A DNA stretch of 64,000 nt from Octopus vulgaris (taxonomy: Eukaryota), in NCBI GenBank assembly GCA_951406725.2, contig OX597823.1, positions 86,676,001 through 86,740,000 of the forward strand. The letters run 5' to 3'. This document shows, piece by piece, positions 27,404-41,345 of the stretch; positions within the stretch are counted from its first letter, which is position 1, and every line of letters begins with the position of its first letter. Under the pieces are notes generated by a model. The model ran no database searches and was not told the DNA's origin. It saw nothing but the letters and a program-made list of their open reading frames with translations. The translations under genes and the position numbers were made by a program.

Positions 27404-27902
27404 TGTTTATATCTAGATATATAATATATATATATATTTACACATACAAATACATATACTAATTTATATATATATGATTGTTTAGACATGTGTGTACGTG
27501 TGTATCTGTGTGTGTGGGTGCAGTTGAAACATTTTCGTAACGCACTTGATATAGTACATATTTATTCGCTTTCCGATGGTCTTCGTTATCTCACTTTCCT
27601 GTCTCTTTCTCTCTCTCTCTCTCACCCAGTTGTATGTAAACACGCACACACATACTCACACATACACATATGTATTTATATATAAGTACAAATATGCATA
27701 TCCATAGATGTGTGTACTTATTGAGCAATTTACACTCGTGCTTAAGTAACCGGTATCTCTAAAGATTTGAAGTGAATATATGCCACAAAGAATACGATGC
27801 CTTACTTGACTATGACGTTTATATATAGACTATATAACTATAGTTTTATAACAAGAGGATGTCTATTGTGTCTGTCATTGGATGATTTAGCTTCACTATA
27901 TA

Positions 27903-28470
27903 AGTGCGGTGAGCTGGCTGAATCGTTAGCACGCCTGGCGAAAAGCTTAATGGTATTTCGTGTGCCGTTACGTTCTGAGTTCAAATTCAGCCGAGGTCGA
28001 CTTTGCCTTTCATCCTTTCGGTGTCGATTAAATATAAGTACCAGTTACGCACTGGGATCAATATAATCGACTTAATCCATTTGTCTGTCCTTGTTTATCC
28101 TCTCTGTGGGTAGTAAAGAAATAGGTATTTCGTCTGCCGCTACGTTCTGAGTTCAAATTCCGCCGAAGTCGACTTTCCTTTTCATCCTTTCGGTGTCGAT
28201 AAATTAAGTACCAGTTGCGTACTGGAGTCGATGTAATCGACTTAATCTGTTTTTCTGTCCTTATTTGTCCCCTCTGTGTGTATCTCCTTGTGGTTAGTAA
28301 AGAAACAGGTATTTCGTCTGTCTTTACGTTTCTGAACTCAAATTCCGCCGAGGTCGACTTTGCCTTTCATCATTTCGGGGTAAATAAATTAAGTACCAGT
28401 TGCGTACTGGGATCGATCTAATCGAGTGGCTCCCTCCCCCAAAATTTCGGGCCTTGTACCCAGAGTGGTA
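27903..28470 (+). mobile_element. SINE family A trimer
   Basis: One head plus three bodies, with junctions at ~28106-28140 and ~28290-28325. Confidence 0.88.
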
Positions 28471-28845
28471 AGAAGCTTGCTTTCCAGTCACATGGTTCTG
28501 GGTTCAGTCCCATCATGTGAGACCTTGGATGAGTGTCTTTTATAGCATCGGACTGACCAAAGACTTGTGAGTGACTTTGGTAGAGAAAACTGAAAAATCC
28601 CACGTATGTGTGTGTGTGTGTGTGTGTATGTTTATGTTTGTCCTCCATACCCGCTTGACAACCGGTGTTGGTGTGTTGACATACACGTAATTAAATGGTT
28701 CGGCAAAATGCCATAGAATAAGTACGTAGCTTAAATAATTATGTAATTGGGTTTATTAATTAAACGAAAACTTACTCAAGGCGTTACCCTTGCATGACCG
28801 TTGTCTAATCACTGAAACAAGTAAAAAATAAAAGATTGAAGAGAT
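28465..28845 (+). mobile_element. SINE family B
   Basis: GTGGTAAGAAGCTTGCTT..GCTTGACAACCGGTGTTGGTGTG..ACTGAAACAAGTAAAA. Confidence 0.8.
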
Positions 28846-28958
28846 ACACAATACCTTCGTCAGGTAGGTAACATATGAAAGTTAACCCAAACTGAACTAA
28901 ACACTAGGAGTAAAATTATAGAAACTTAAAATCTAAATAGAATGTTAAGCTTTCATTG

Positions 28959-29116
28959 TATGTTGACTACGGAAAATATTGTAATATTAAAGTATATAAA
29001 CCACCATAACATATGTTGACTACGGAAAATATTGTAATATTAAAGTATATAAACCCCCATAACATATGTTGACTACGGAAAATATTGTAATATTAAAGTA
29101 TATAAACCCCCATAAC
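28959..29116. repeat. 53-bp tandem repeat x3
   Basis: TGTTGACTACGGAAAATATTG.. starts at 28961, 29014 and 29067; the copies are nearly identical. Confidence 0.92.
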
Positions 29117-29173
29117 GGAAAAACTAGTCATTAGCACATATGGAAAAAAGGACATTGCCACACGTACTATATA

Positions 29174-29438
29174 TTTCTTTATTGCCCACAGAGGGCTAAC
29201 TATAGAGGGGACAAACAAAGACAGACAAAGAAATGAATTCGATTACATCGAATCCAGTGTGTACTTATTTAATCGTACCCTAAAGGATGTAAGGCAAAGT
29301 CGACCTCGGCGGAATTTGAACTCATAACGTAAAGACAGACGAAATACATTTTTCTTTACTACCCACAAGGGGCTGAACAAAGAGAGGACAGACAAAGGGA
29401 TTAAGTCGATTATATCGACCCCTGTGCGTAACTGGTCC
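29174..29438 (-). mobile_element. SINE family A dimer (5'-truncated)
   Basis: Reverse-complement units with the same junction at ~29330-29368. Confidence 0.85.
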
Positions 29439-29454
29439 TTAAGTGTAATACCTT

Positions 29455-30890
29455 CAATGCTGATATCAGGATGGAGTTCGAACTGAGAAAGTGTGTTGTG
29501 TTTGTCTTTGAAGACAGGCAAAATCAAATGTATGAACGGGTTAACGATACGGTCGTGGAAGGTTATGAAACAGAGAGAAGAAATGGGCTATAAGTACTTG
29601 GGGTTTGGGAAATGGATAAATTGATGGAGAAAGAAATAACAGAAATATTTGAGACTGATCCTTAAGTCGAAATTAAACGGACGGAATAATATTGAAGCTA
29701 TCAATACCTGGGCGGTTTCGCTCCTTAGATATGGAGTAGGGGTAATCGCATGGACAGTAGACGAACTAAACAATCTAGACGGAAAGAGAAGGAAGTTGCT
29801 AATTATATATGGGTCACTCAACCCAAAAAGTAACACAGACAGACTGTATTAACCATGAAAAAGAGGAGGAAGAGGACTTATTGGAGGCGAACACAGCATT
29901 AGAGCAGAAGAAAACAACATATCATGGTATGTAAAAAATGCCACAGAACCGCAATTATTAGAAGTAAGACGGTCAGGTTTGTGTAGGATGAAAGATTACG
30001 AAGATAGAGCACTATACAGTGAATTGAAAACGAATGAAACTGAAAATAGGCGGGTAAAGAAAAGAATGCATGGACAATTTCATCGGATGTTGAAGATAAC
30101 ACAGACTGAGAAAAACATGACTGTGATTGACTAAATGTGATTTAAAACAGGAAACGGAGGCTCTAGCCTGTACTCCCCAAGAACAAGCACTAAGAACAAA
30201 CTACATAAAATACAGAATAGACAACACAACAGAAAGTGATAATTCCAGAATCTGTGGGCAAAACGGTGAAACCGTATGGTATATTACAAGCCTATGTACG
30301 CCACGAGTCCAAAAGGAATATAAGAGACGCCACGACAATATAGCAAGGTTTGTCTATTGGACACCTTACAACAAGTATGGACTTGACAGAGCAAAAAATT
30401 GGTACGACCAGAAATCTGAAGGCATTGTCGAAAATAGAAATGCAAAGATCCTAAAGGGATTTTATGATTCAGTGAAACCACGAGATAGAGAATAGTAAGC
30501 CAGACATAGTCTTAATTGAGAAAGAAAACAAACTATTCTGGATAATAGATATAGCATGCTCAATTGCTAACAAGGTATGCGATAAGGAAGAAAGAAATGT
30601 CGAGAGGTATGGCAGGTTAGCTTGGGAAGTTAAGCAGCTGTGGTCGATGTAAAAGGTAGTGGTAGTACCAATAATTGTCGGAGCCCTGGGATCAGTGAGC
30701 AATAATCTCGAGAAGTACGTGGAAGAAATAGGGGCTACAATGAAGGTGGAGCACTTGCAGAAAACAGCACTGCTTGAAACCGCTCGAATAGTCCGGAAGG
30801 TGCTCGAAAAATAAGAGGTGTTACCTTAGTTCATTCGTAATGAGCAGCTGACACCGTAGTACATCTCCAGCGTTAGAAGCTGTGAAATGC
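29455..30890 (+). mobile_element. 5'-truncated R4/Dong-like RLE non-LTR retrotransposon, decayed
   Basis: ADIRMEF..YKYLG, LKSKLNGRNNIEAINTWAVSLLRY, KSNTDRLY..GGRGL, KQETEAL..QEQALRTNY, decayed CCHC knuckle (SRICGQNGETVWYITSLC), KPDIVLIEKE, VVPIIVGALG. Ends in an (AAT)n tail at 30891-30931. Confidence 0.92.
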
Positions 30891-30984
<94 letters not shown>

Positions 30985-30987
<3 letters not shown>

Positions 30988-31200
30988 CATACGATATAGT
31001 GCATGTTTATACACATATGGAATCCGCTTTTAGGGAATTCAACATATTAGAAAGAACAGCTAGGTTCTGTAAACCACACAAATAACGGAAAAATAACGTT
31101 ATTTTTGTGGTTTGCAGAACCTAGCTGTTATTTCTAATGTGTTGAATTCCCTACAAGCGGATTCCTCATGTGTATAAATATACACTATATCGTATGACTA
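30985..31200. repeat. ~215-bp fold-back palindrome
   Basis: Arms of ~100 bp (TCATACGATATAGTG..CAAATAACG / CGTTATTT..CACTATATCGTATGA) around a ~9-bp loop. Confidence 0.92.
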
Positions 31201-31311
31201 ATATATAGTCTTCTTGACTAATTTCTTTTGCACGTTAGACCAATGTAAATGTAAATTTTGATTGAATGTTTTAATTTTAATTAAATTCCATTTCCATTTG
31301 ACACGATTATA

Positions 31312-31394
<83 letters not shown>

Positions 31395-31500
31395 CAGCGA
31401 ATAAGATAGGAGCAATTATTTGCGAAGATATTATTGACTGTATTATTATCTAATGTAAGAATTAAAAATAACAGAATCACTAATTAATTTTAAACCTTCG

Positions 31501-31541
<41 letters not shown>

Positions 31542-33071
31542 GTGTGTGTGTGTGTGTGTGGTTGTGTCTTTGTCTGTGTATGTGTGCATGTATATATGTA
31601 TACGTGTATACATATATGTGCGTGTTGCATCTTTAGTTATTGAAATTATTTTAGCCATGCATATTATTATTTGCATGTATCTATCCGCTCCTTCATTTTT
31701 ACACCACATATCGGTGTTAGGGTATACTATAGTGCTTCACGCACACGTTTCTCAGCATTTGACAGAATATTTTCTGAAGATATAAATAAACGTAGCTTTA
31801 AATATTTTAGGCTGTAACTGGTTTATTAACAAATGTTCTGAATCATAAAAGAATCGTGTCACCTCGTACATTTCAACTTAGATCCAGTATGTAATTAGAC
31901 AACATTTTAATCCAAGTAGCTCAATAGATTTTGACTTATTTCTGTTCAATTTGTATGAAGTTAAATAGCAAATACTAACACCGATAGATTGCCTCGTATA
32001 TCTCCAAACCGCCAATTGTTTACCTGATTTTCATGTGAATGTGACTTCTGTGGTTGAAGCAAATAGCGTCTGAAATTGGTTTCATAACGAGAAGCTATAA
32101 TTGTATCTCTCATCGCGCTTGTATTTTCATTAGGCAGTTGTAATGTAACATCTTGATGTACAGTGATTTCCGTGTCGTGCTTTGGCTTCTCTGCAAGTTC
32201 ATTTGTAGCTCTAACGTTATCAGCATTTTCTTTTAATGATCTGCTCGGACAAGTCTTGAATATTTAATTGTTTTCACTAACGAGAACAGAATCAGAAATT
32301 TAGAAAAAAGAATACAGGAGAGATGAATGACTGAAAGGATTATGATGATATTTCCATGTATCTCCATGGAAATTTCCTTTATCCCCCTAGTCACCTCCTC
32401 TGTATTTACATTTGGAAATATCATTCCTTTTACTACAATCATAAACCACAATAGCTTAACAAGCCCAATTTTCGCTCTTCAAGTAACTGAATACCCCGGA
32501 CTTAACGTTTATTATCTACTTTATGTGCATTACAATGACTCCTTCAGGAATGTATGCGCTGAGAGCAATCAGTGAATTAGGAAGCTCTTTGCTAATGAAA
32601 GCGATTTCTATCTACGTTTGCCACCGTAAACTCTAATTACTAGAGACCGTTACGAGTTATGCAAAAGGTTATTGATATTCATGTGAGTGCATGTGCATAT
32701 GTAAGCGCACATTAAGTGTGTGAATGAACCGTTCCTCTGCGATGTATGAGAGAACGAAACATATATGTGACTGTGTGTGTCTGTGTGTATATGTATGTGT
32801 ATGGCGGTATTAAACAGTAGCTTCCTTTCAACGGTGTATGAAAATACTATAACGTAACATTGAAGTTTATGTTTCCGTCTCTCGTATCACAGTGTTCATT
32901 ATGCTGTGTTTATGGTCGCCATATTTAATTTAATTCTTGCAGCTTTTATACATTAGTATCGTTAATATATTATTAAGCATGTTACGAATTAAAGACAATA
33001 TTTACTAGCGATGTCTTTTATTTATTATATGTACGTGTGTACGTCATTAAAGGGAATGTGATGCAGACGCC

Positions 33072-33141
<70 letters not shown>

Positions 33142-33278
33142 CATATATCTCTCATTATGGTCCATTATTTTAGTTTTAGAACAGAATTATATTATATCAA
33201 CTAACAAGTAAATTTATCCCATGCGAATACATTTTGTAATAGAAACAAGAAAAGATAACTCAAAGCATGAGTATAGGA

Positions 33279-33485
33279 GACGTGGTGTTGAAAAGTTCCT
33301 GGCCTTAAGGATATCGAGAAAGGCCTGGTTAGAGACCCAATATTCCGAGTTCTTTTGCAGGGCTTAGAAAAACTGAAGGACCTCTGTGTGTGACTCTGAG
33401 AGGGGAATATGTTGAATAAAATCATTAAGTGATTCTTTTGTATTTTCTTTTACCCAAAGCCAGGAACATGCAGCACACCCGCGTA
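33279..33485 (+). mobile_element. Mariner-derived MITE
   Basis: TIR-like ends TGAAAAGTTCCTGGCCTT / AAAGCCAGGAAC..CACCCGCGTA and a residual transposase end GLEKLKD..LRGEYVE*. Confidence 0.6.
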
Positions 33486-33592
33486 AACATATACAGTAAT
33501 ACCTCGCCATATCATGGTCCACCAATCGCAGGGTATTTGGGAACGTAACACCCGCGATAATCGAGGGAATACTGTATACTAAACATACACAC

Positions 33593-33653
<61 letters not shown>

Positions 33654-35057
33654 GGACTTAACGTTTATTATCTACTTTATTCAGATGAATATGATAGTTA
33701 AGTTGAGGAACCATAATTTAGTGCGGTATTATCAATACAATTTCAAAGTAAGGTGATTAAAATTAAAATAAACAACAAGGATATCCAGAGGTAATGCAGT
33801 ATGATCGTTTCATGCAACTCTATTTATTTGAACAATGCAAACATTACATCAATTTAAAACACAGAACAATCTTCAACTGTGCAACGACATAGAATTTAAT
33901 TAAATTAGAACAGATGGACACATTATTCTTTTACTCTTTTACTTGTTTCAGTCATTTGACTGTGGCAGGCTGGATCACCACCTTTTATATAATTAGTATA
34001 ATTTTACCTAAAATCTCCAAGTAGTTAAGGAAATAGACAAAGTACATGCTACGTACGTAGATTTTATTAATCGGCAACAGTTACTGTGAGACTCAATGTC
34101 AGAAAGTTTCGTGTATTGTCACTCAGAAATTGATTTCAAATTATAAGGATTACTTTTATATACACAGTTAGATGACGAATATGATTATCTCTAGATTGTT
34201 CTAAAATAAATTACACATTTATTAGATCACGTGAATAATGCATTTTCTCAAATACATTACCTGTTAACTAGTTGTATAAGATTACAAAATCCTTGATTAA
34301 AAATGGCAATTATCTAATGCGTATGAACAATTCAGCACCTAAAACACCCAGAAACCAAATTGGCATCGAAATAGACACAAAGAAATATCTATTCTAAACG
34401 AACATTGTGAGTATTCTAAACGAACATTTAATGATCATAAAATTAATTAGTTTAACATATTTACATATTTTCTGATTCCACCAAAAATTTTGCTGCCCCA
34501 GATTATCAGCTAGGCATTTTGCTAGCCTTTCAGCTGGAGACAAATACTTGACTATTCATTGCTTCAAGTCTTGGCCACGGATATTAAACGTCACCTGACC
34601 AATCTTCTTAGTTATGTGTAACACCCATTGAATTGTAAACTGGACCGCCTCAAGCAGTTAGGTAATTATATAACTGATACGTGTTTCACCGAGTTGTGCT
34701 TAAAGTGGTTAAATATTTCAAAATGTATAATAGCTTGTAGTTTAAATTTTCTAAAGTCAGAGTGAGTGAGATTAGGAGGCATCTGATCAGGAAACGGCTT
34801 ACAGTTGATTCTGTTTCTCAGGTATGCGTGGCGTGTGATGGATGAATAAATAATGAACGATTTCTTGATTAAATATCCTGTAAAACAAGCTGAGACAGCA
34901 GTTATGAAAAGCAGAAAAACGTGCACACATGCATACACACATCCATACGTCCATGCATCTCTCCATCCATCCATTAATCCACCCATACATACATTTATTC
35001 ATACAAAAATACATACATATTTATATAAATATATTCATATATATTCCTGTATACAAC

Positions 35058-35151
<94 letters not shown>

Positions 35152-35298
35152 ACATATATATATACATATATAGAATAATTCTACTTTTTCATTCACCTTA
35201 CTCTAACTATATATTCTAAATGACATGAGATCATTGTCCTGCCTTGACATTCTTTTCCTTTTCCTTTAATATACATGTGTGCGTACTTATATATATAT

Positions 35299-35397
<99 letters not shown>

Positions 35398-35416
35398 ATA
35401 TTATATTATAGTACAT

Positions 35417-35456
<40 letters not shown>

Positions 35457-35898
35457 AATTGGATCTAAACTTAAAGTTCAGGTAGGAGAGTTTAGGCTAT
35501 AGTTTCCACACCTTGTAATGTGAATGTCCCTGCTGTTTCGAAGTGAAACTGAAGGTATCAGCAAACTGAACGAAGAGGTTTTTAGGAGTTATGGGCGCTA
35601 CTATTAATAGTTTTAGGAGTCTTGCTAAAAATGCTCCGACCATGACACCAGGTTGTTTTATCCAACAGCGTAAAGTCGATGCAGTTGAAACGGACGAAGG
35701 TCTAGAATAGGATGTTGTAAATAACCGTTAAATAAAATTATGGATGTGAAAAATCTGTTCCTCTTATCATTATAAATACTATGTTGCGTGCACGTGCACA
35801 CACGCGCTTGTGTGTGCATCTGTAGATTTTATTCACATCTGAAAACTTCATTACTTAAAAGTTTTCTACAATATCAACATCTGATCTACATATATTTC

Positions 35899-35933
35899 CA
35901 CTGCAGCGACTGCACATTCCAGTCGCTGCAGTG
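35899..35933. other. Perfect 14-bp GC-rich hairpin
   Basis: CACTGCAGCGACTG-cacattc-CAGTCGCTGCAGTG. Confidence 0.85.
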
Positions 35934-36044
35934 AACTGATGTAAAAAAGCGTCCTGCGTTGGTATTCATTTGAAGGTGATATAGCGTTACTGTTTATGTT
36001 CAATGGAATGCTGGTTTTCTGCGATCAAATATATATTGTTGCGT

Positions 36045-36365
36045 TGTTGTGACCCCTTTCGGTCACCACACAGACCATGGGATTGCACCTAGAAAGTTAC
36101 CCTCCGAGGCACAAGTCTGGGCAAGGTTGTTTATGGAAGACTAGCAGTTGCCCATGCATACCAGCCTCCCTCTCCACGCCACCGATGTTATCCAAGGGAA
36201 AGGCAAAGGCTGATGCAGCTTGGCACCAGTGACGTCGCAGCACATTTATTAACGTTCAAGTGGCTGAGCACTCCACAGACACGTGTACTATTAACATAGT
36301 TCTCGGGGAGATTCAGCGTGACACAGAGTGTGACAAGGCTGGCCCATTGAAATACAGATACAACA
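36045..36365. mobile_element. Composite: RTE-5'UTR-like repeat (36045-36245) plus a minus-strand family D body (36245-36365)
   Basis: TGGAAGACTAGCAGTTGCCCATGC..GGCACCAGTGACGTCGCAG; CAAGTGGCTGAGCACT..CACAG is the reverse complement of 25668-25690. Confidence 0.55.
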
Positions 36366-36369
36366 GAAA

Positions 36370-36557
36370 CATGAAGAAAGATCGAGGGAAAGCTGTGGTG
36401 AAAGAGTACAGCACGGCTCACCCCCGCCCCTGCCGGAGCTTCATGGAGCTTTAGGTGTTGTCGGTCAATAGACACACAATGCCCGGTCTGGGAATCGAAA
36501 CAGCGATCATACGACCATGGGTCCGCTGCCCTAACCACTGGGCCATTGCGCCTCCAC
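36370..36557 (-). mobile_element. SINE family C 5' part
   Basis: CTGGGAATCGAAAC..GCTGCCCTAACCACTGGGCCATTGCGCCTCCA. Confidence 0.85.
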
Positions 36558-36611
36558 GCGCGAGGGCGTGCGCGCGCACACACACACACATACACACACA
36601 TATATGTATGT

Positions 36612-36670
<59 letters not shown>

Positions 36671-37420
36671 TAGATATATAGATGCTTGCTTCCCAAACAC
36701 ATGGTTCCGGGTTCAGTCTCACTGTGAGGCACCTTGGGCGAACAGTTTCTACTATTACCACGAATCGACCAATTCCTTGTTATGACTAAAACAAATAAAT
36801 AACAGAATCTATACATGTATGTATGTATCTATCTCACCATTTATGTGTGTGAGTATCTCTGTGAGTGTCTGTGTCCGTGTGTGTGTCCGTGTGTGTACCA
36901 ATGTATATAAGTGGTAAACTGGGAATAAAACCATGCGAGATAAAATTAACTTAAACGTAAAGAGAAATAGAGTGAGAAAGGATTTCATTGGATTAAATAT
37001 GGATGGACGAAATTTCCTTAAATATCGCTAGGTGCTTTCGCTTCGATAACTTGCAATTTTGTCCTGAGATCATCGCGCAGAAGGGAAATTGCAATCACCC
37101 ACCTGTGGTCGGCAAACTGGTTAATTTGATAGTATCCCATATAAAACACACAAGGTGTACTTAGCATATAATAGACATTTGAAAAGGCATATAAGAAATT
37201 AATATAAATATAGAGAAACCATTATTGTTAGGAAATAAAAAAAAAAAGGAAACTTCTATTCAATTATACGCAGTAATACGTAAATTATTCATGAAAGCTA
37301 GGAAATAGCATACGATAACTCGTACGTGAATCAACCACATAGATACGCTTCAAATGACAGGAATTTGTACATAAATATATACATACATACATGCATACCT
37401 ACATGTGTGTGTATCTGCGT

Positions 37421-37461
<41 letters not shown>

Positions 37462-37684
37462 CGTAGCTACGTGCGTATATAATTATATATAGAGATAGCT
37501 ATGCATGTATGTGCGTTCAAGCACGTATGTATATACAATTATGTATGGAAAAAAAGAAAAGTGGATAAATATGTAGGTAAAATGTCAGCGGCATATACAC
37601 GCGTTTGTATTCTGCATTGTTTTTTATTTTGCTAGTGAAATAAAACTAACGTATAACGTTGATAGTTATGTATTGTGTATGTGT

Positions 37685-37738
<54 letters not shown>

Positions 37739-38523
37739 ATGTGTGTATATATGTGTATATATGTCCATATATATATATAACTATGTATATATATATATAA
37801 TTTCAAAATATATCCATACCTTTGATACTTCTATAGCATATGTATCAAATATGTCTTTGTAAATACACACACACGCTCAAATACTCACACACTCAAACAC
37901 TCACACACTCACACACACATATATATATATATAGAGAGAGAGACAGACAGGCACACACACACACACGGACACACAGATGGAGATATATATGTGTATATGT
38001 AATGTACGTGTGTATGTACCTATGTATGCAGGTATGTATATATTCAATCATGCATACATATATATCAGAAACCTGATGATACAAAGAGAAATATTTCTGC
38101 CGTTGTATTTCTTAACATATATTTCTTGTTCTCTTGTTCAGCAGAAATATGCATATCCATTTAGTATAAGCAGGATGAACTCTTGTGAGGCTTCTACTGC
38201 GAAATGAAATTTCAATTTATTCGTTCACCCAACCAGGAGAATTCAAGGACAGCCCGTGATAATCGAATCCAGTGAACCGGTGATACACGCCTGCATATGT
38301 GAATGTGTGTGTGTGTGAGTATGTAAGCGTATATATATATATATATGTATATATATATGCCTAAATATCCCATTCAACTGTGATGTTTAGAAAACAAAAA
38401 TTTCTGAGTTATTTACCATGAGAGGACCTGTCAAATGGACTTGTAGTACAGTAACGCACTCGTATCCATATCGTTGACTTGCAATGTATGTAATGTATGC
38501 ATGTATGCATGTATGTATGTATG

Positions 38524-38580
<57 letters not shown>

Positions 38581-38829
38581 ATATATATAATAGCAATAAT
38601 TAGATAACGATATAGAATGAAGAGACATCTTCATCCTCAAAATTTATTTCCAGTTATTTTCCAATTTCATTCACCATATTTTAATGATTGTTACCACCTC
38701 ACACCTGTTTCCACGCTTGAGTGACAACAAATAGTAATCATAGTACTAATCGATGCGGACATAACTGAGAACCACCACGGTACTCGTACGGATAACATAA
38801 CCTTCCAGTCTCACACATACACAGACACG

Positions 38830-38888
<59 letters not shown>

Positions 38889-39537
38889 GCACGTTTATAT
38901 GTATATCCAGTAGAGATGACCATGTGATTACTAGTATCGCCCTTCGGCACGTCACTAGATACTTATCACAGAACCTCAGAATGTGTTACTTGTGTTGTAC
39001 AAGCGTTTACCCTTATAATCCAATAAAGTGCAGATGTCTCTTTATAGTGACTTCAGGTGTCATTCCATCAACTGAAAGACCTATGGCGACAGAAGAGTGG
39101 TACTCTGTGCAATCCTAACCAGTTGGAAGCGCAGACTTTGTTACAATTTTCTTCTGTCATTTATGCTTCAATCTATATAAATTTGAAACCGCAATGAAAA
39201 GTCATCTGAGAAGTCGCTGGTGGCAAGTTAGAGATGCCATTGACAAAGAGACGGCGATCATCTACGAAAATGGAGTAATTACTATGCATGTATGTATGTA
39301 TGTATGTATGTATGTATGTATGTATGTATGTATGTATGTATGTATGTATGTATGTATGTATGTATGTATTTATTATGTATGCATGTATGCATATATGCAT
39401 GTATCTATTTTTCTATCTATTTATCTATCTGTAATGCGTTTGTATATATGTAGACATGCTGTATATGTATACATACAGAAATATATATACGTTTGTGAAT
39501 ATTTGTATTGTATTTATTTGTGAAGTAATATATATTT

Positions 39538-39744
39538 TTTACTCTAAGCAAAACACCTGAAATGGTGGACAAGGAGAATCGATTTCACTAACCCCAATAC
39601 CCAAATGGTACTTATTTCATTGACCTAGAAAGAATGAAAAGGTAAAGTAGATCTCGAAAGATTTTCAATTCAGAACGTAAAGAGTCACGAAAAGCGGTTA
39701 TACATTTTATCGGCGTACTTAACGATTCTGTCGGATCGTCGCCA
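39538..39744 (-). mobile_element. SINE family A (old)
   Basis: GGTACTTATTTCATTGACC..GAATGAAAAGGTAAAGTAGATCTCG..AACGATTCTG. Confidence 0.7.
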
Positions 39745-39760
39745 TATTTGTAAGATAATA

Positions 39761-40631
39761 TATTGGGCCATCCCATAATTAATGCGCCTTTTTTATACTT
39801 CCTTTATGTCTCAAAGTTAAGATAAAGTTCTTTTTAAATCTAATATGTACTCTCCTTCATTTTCTACAATGCTTTTGCATCTATCTGGAAGACTTGTAAG
39901 GCAACCCCTTCTTCCGAAATTCACTTGTCCGTGACAAAAAATACCCTTCCAGTACTGTTCTGACTTCGTCTACAGTGTTCATATTTTATTCGTCCAAATG
40001 ATTTTGAAGATTGTGGAATAAATGATGAGATAGTGTAATGTCCGGCGAATATGGTGGATGGAGCATCATTGCCTAGTTAAACTGCTCCAGCCTTTTGAAT
40101 GTCATCCTCGTTGTATATGGCCGAGCATTATCCTGATGGAAGAACACCTTTCGTCTTGAAACCATAGATGGTCATTTTTTCTTCAAGCACAGGTGTTTGT
40201 GAATGGTTGAGTGTCGATATACAAGCTTCTCTGCTCGTTCCTCAACAGTTACAATGGGATTTGTTCCACCAGGATTTGGACGTCACCCTCGTCGAGCTCT
40301 ACAGATCTTCCAGGACAGCACTCGTTTTCTAGTCTGTAGTTTCTGGATTGGAATCTATGGAACTACTGTTGACACTGACTTACGCTTATTGAGCGATCCC
40401 CATATACTGCATTAATATTCCTCGCACTTTACGCTGCGTTGTTGCCTTTATAGAACTAATACAGCAAAATATGCGGAATAATCTCCTTTGTTACTTCCAT
40501 TATACCTTTCAAATATAACTGTTAAAATCGAACTGCACTCCGGAAGTTGATGCAGGTAGTTCATCCCGTCCCCATCCAACTTTTAGGGTATGCAATTGAA
40601 AAAACCGCATTATATATGGGAAAATCCAATA
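39761..40631 (-). mobile_element. Internally deleted mariner (Tc1/mariner) transposon
   Basis: Imperfect TIRs TATTGGGCCATCCCATAATTAATGCG / CGCATTATATATGGGAAAATCCAATA. The minus strand encodes FHQDNARP, HPPYSPD and IVENEGEYILD. Confidence 0.85.
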
Positions 40632-40971
40632 TATAAAACAATTTAATATTACATTGAATTATTGCGAAATATTCTTTAGTAGAACACATTTTTAATATAT
40701 ATCAATGTTTAATGTACATAAATGCTAACTTTGACGCCGATGTTTTGTCTTTCTTAACCGTTACAAGAATCCCTGTGATCGACTTAATGATCACTCTCAG
40801 TCTGCGCAAATACCGCACCTTGAAATTTTCTGTCATTTCTTTCTCCATCAATGTCTTAATCCAATTAGTTTCAGTTTAATTCATTCTCAAGTGCTTGTAC
40901 AGTGCTTTATCTTTGCAATATTCTATCCTATTATTATTATCATTATTATCATTCTTCTTCTTTTTCTTCTT

Positions 40972-41076
<105 letters not shown>

Positions 41077-41077
41077 G

Positions 41078-41345
41078 AATGGGAGAGCAATATGTGCCAT
41101 AAAAGTGACCCTGGGGTAAAATATACGAAGCCCAGTATACCCATCATGACTACCCGTCTGATAAGGGTACACTAGGTACACGCATCAGAACCATATATGC
41201 GCGACATGGTGATCTCATACCAAGATAAACAGCACATGATCTTGTAGGTGGGGGGCCCATTTAGAATTTTCTTCTGGTCAAGTAACCCATCCCGTTCAAA
41301 AGATCCCTGAAAAAGAATTGTGTAAGGATGTTGAACGAAACAGCC
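41078..41345 (-). mobile_element. Non-coding retroelement (SINE-like) 3' part with (TAA)n tail
   Basis: GC-richer non-coding block that truncates the R4 fragment and ends (minus strand) in CATTC-AATAATAAT at 41000-41077. Confidence 0.5.

Noticed and set aside
28959-29116. Possible CRISPR array
   Set aside because: Head-to-tail identical units with no unique spacers.
38990-39280. Possible RTE 3' coding remnant (..RSRWWQVRDAI..)
   Set aside because: Too degenerate to support beyond a vague resemblance.
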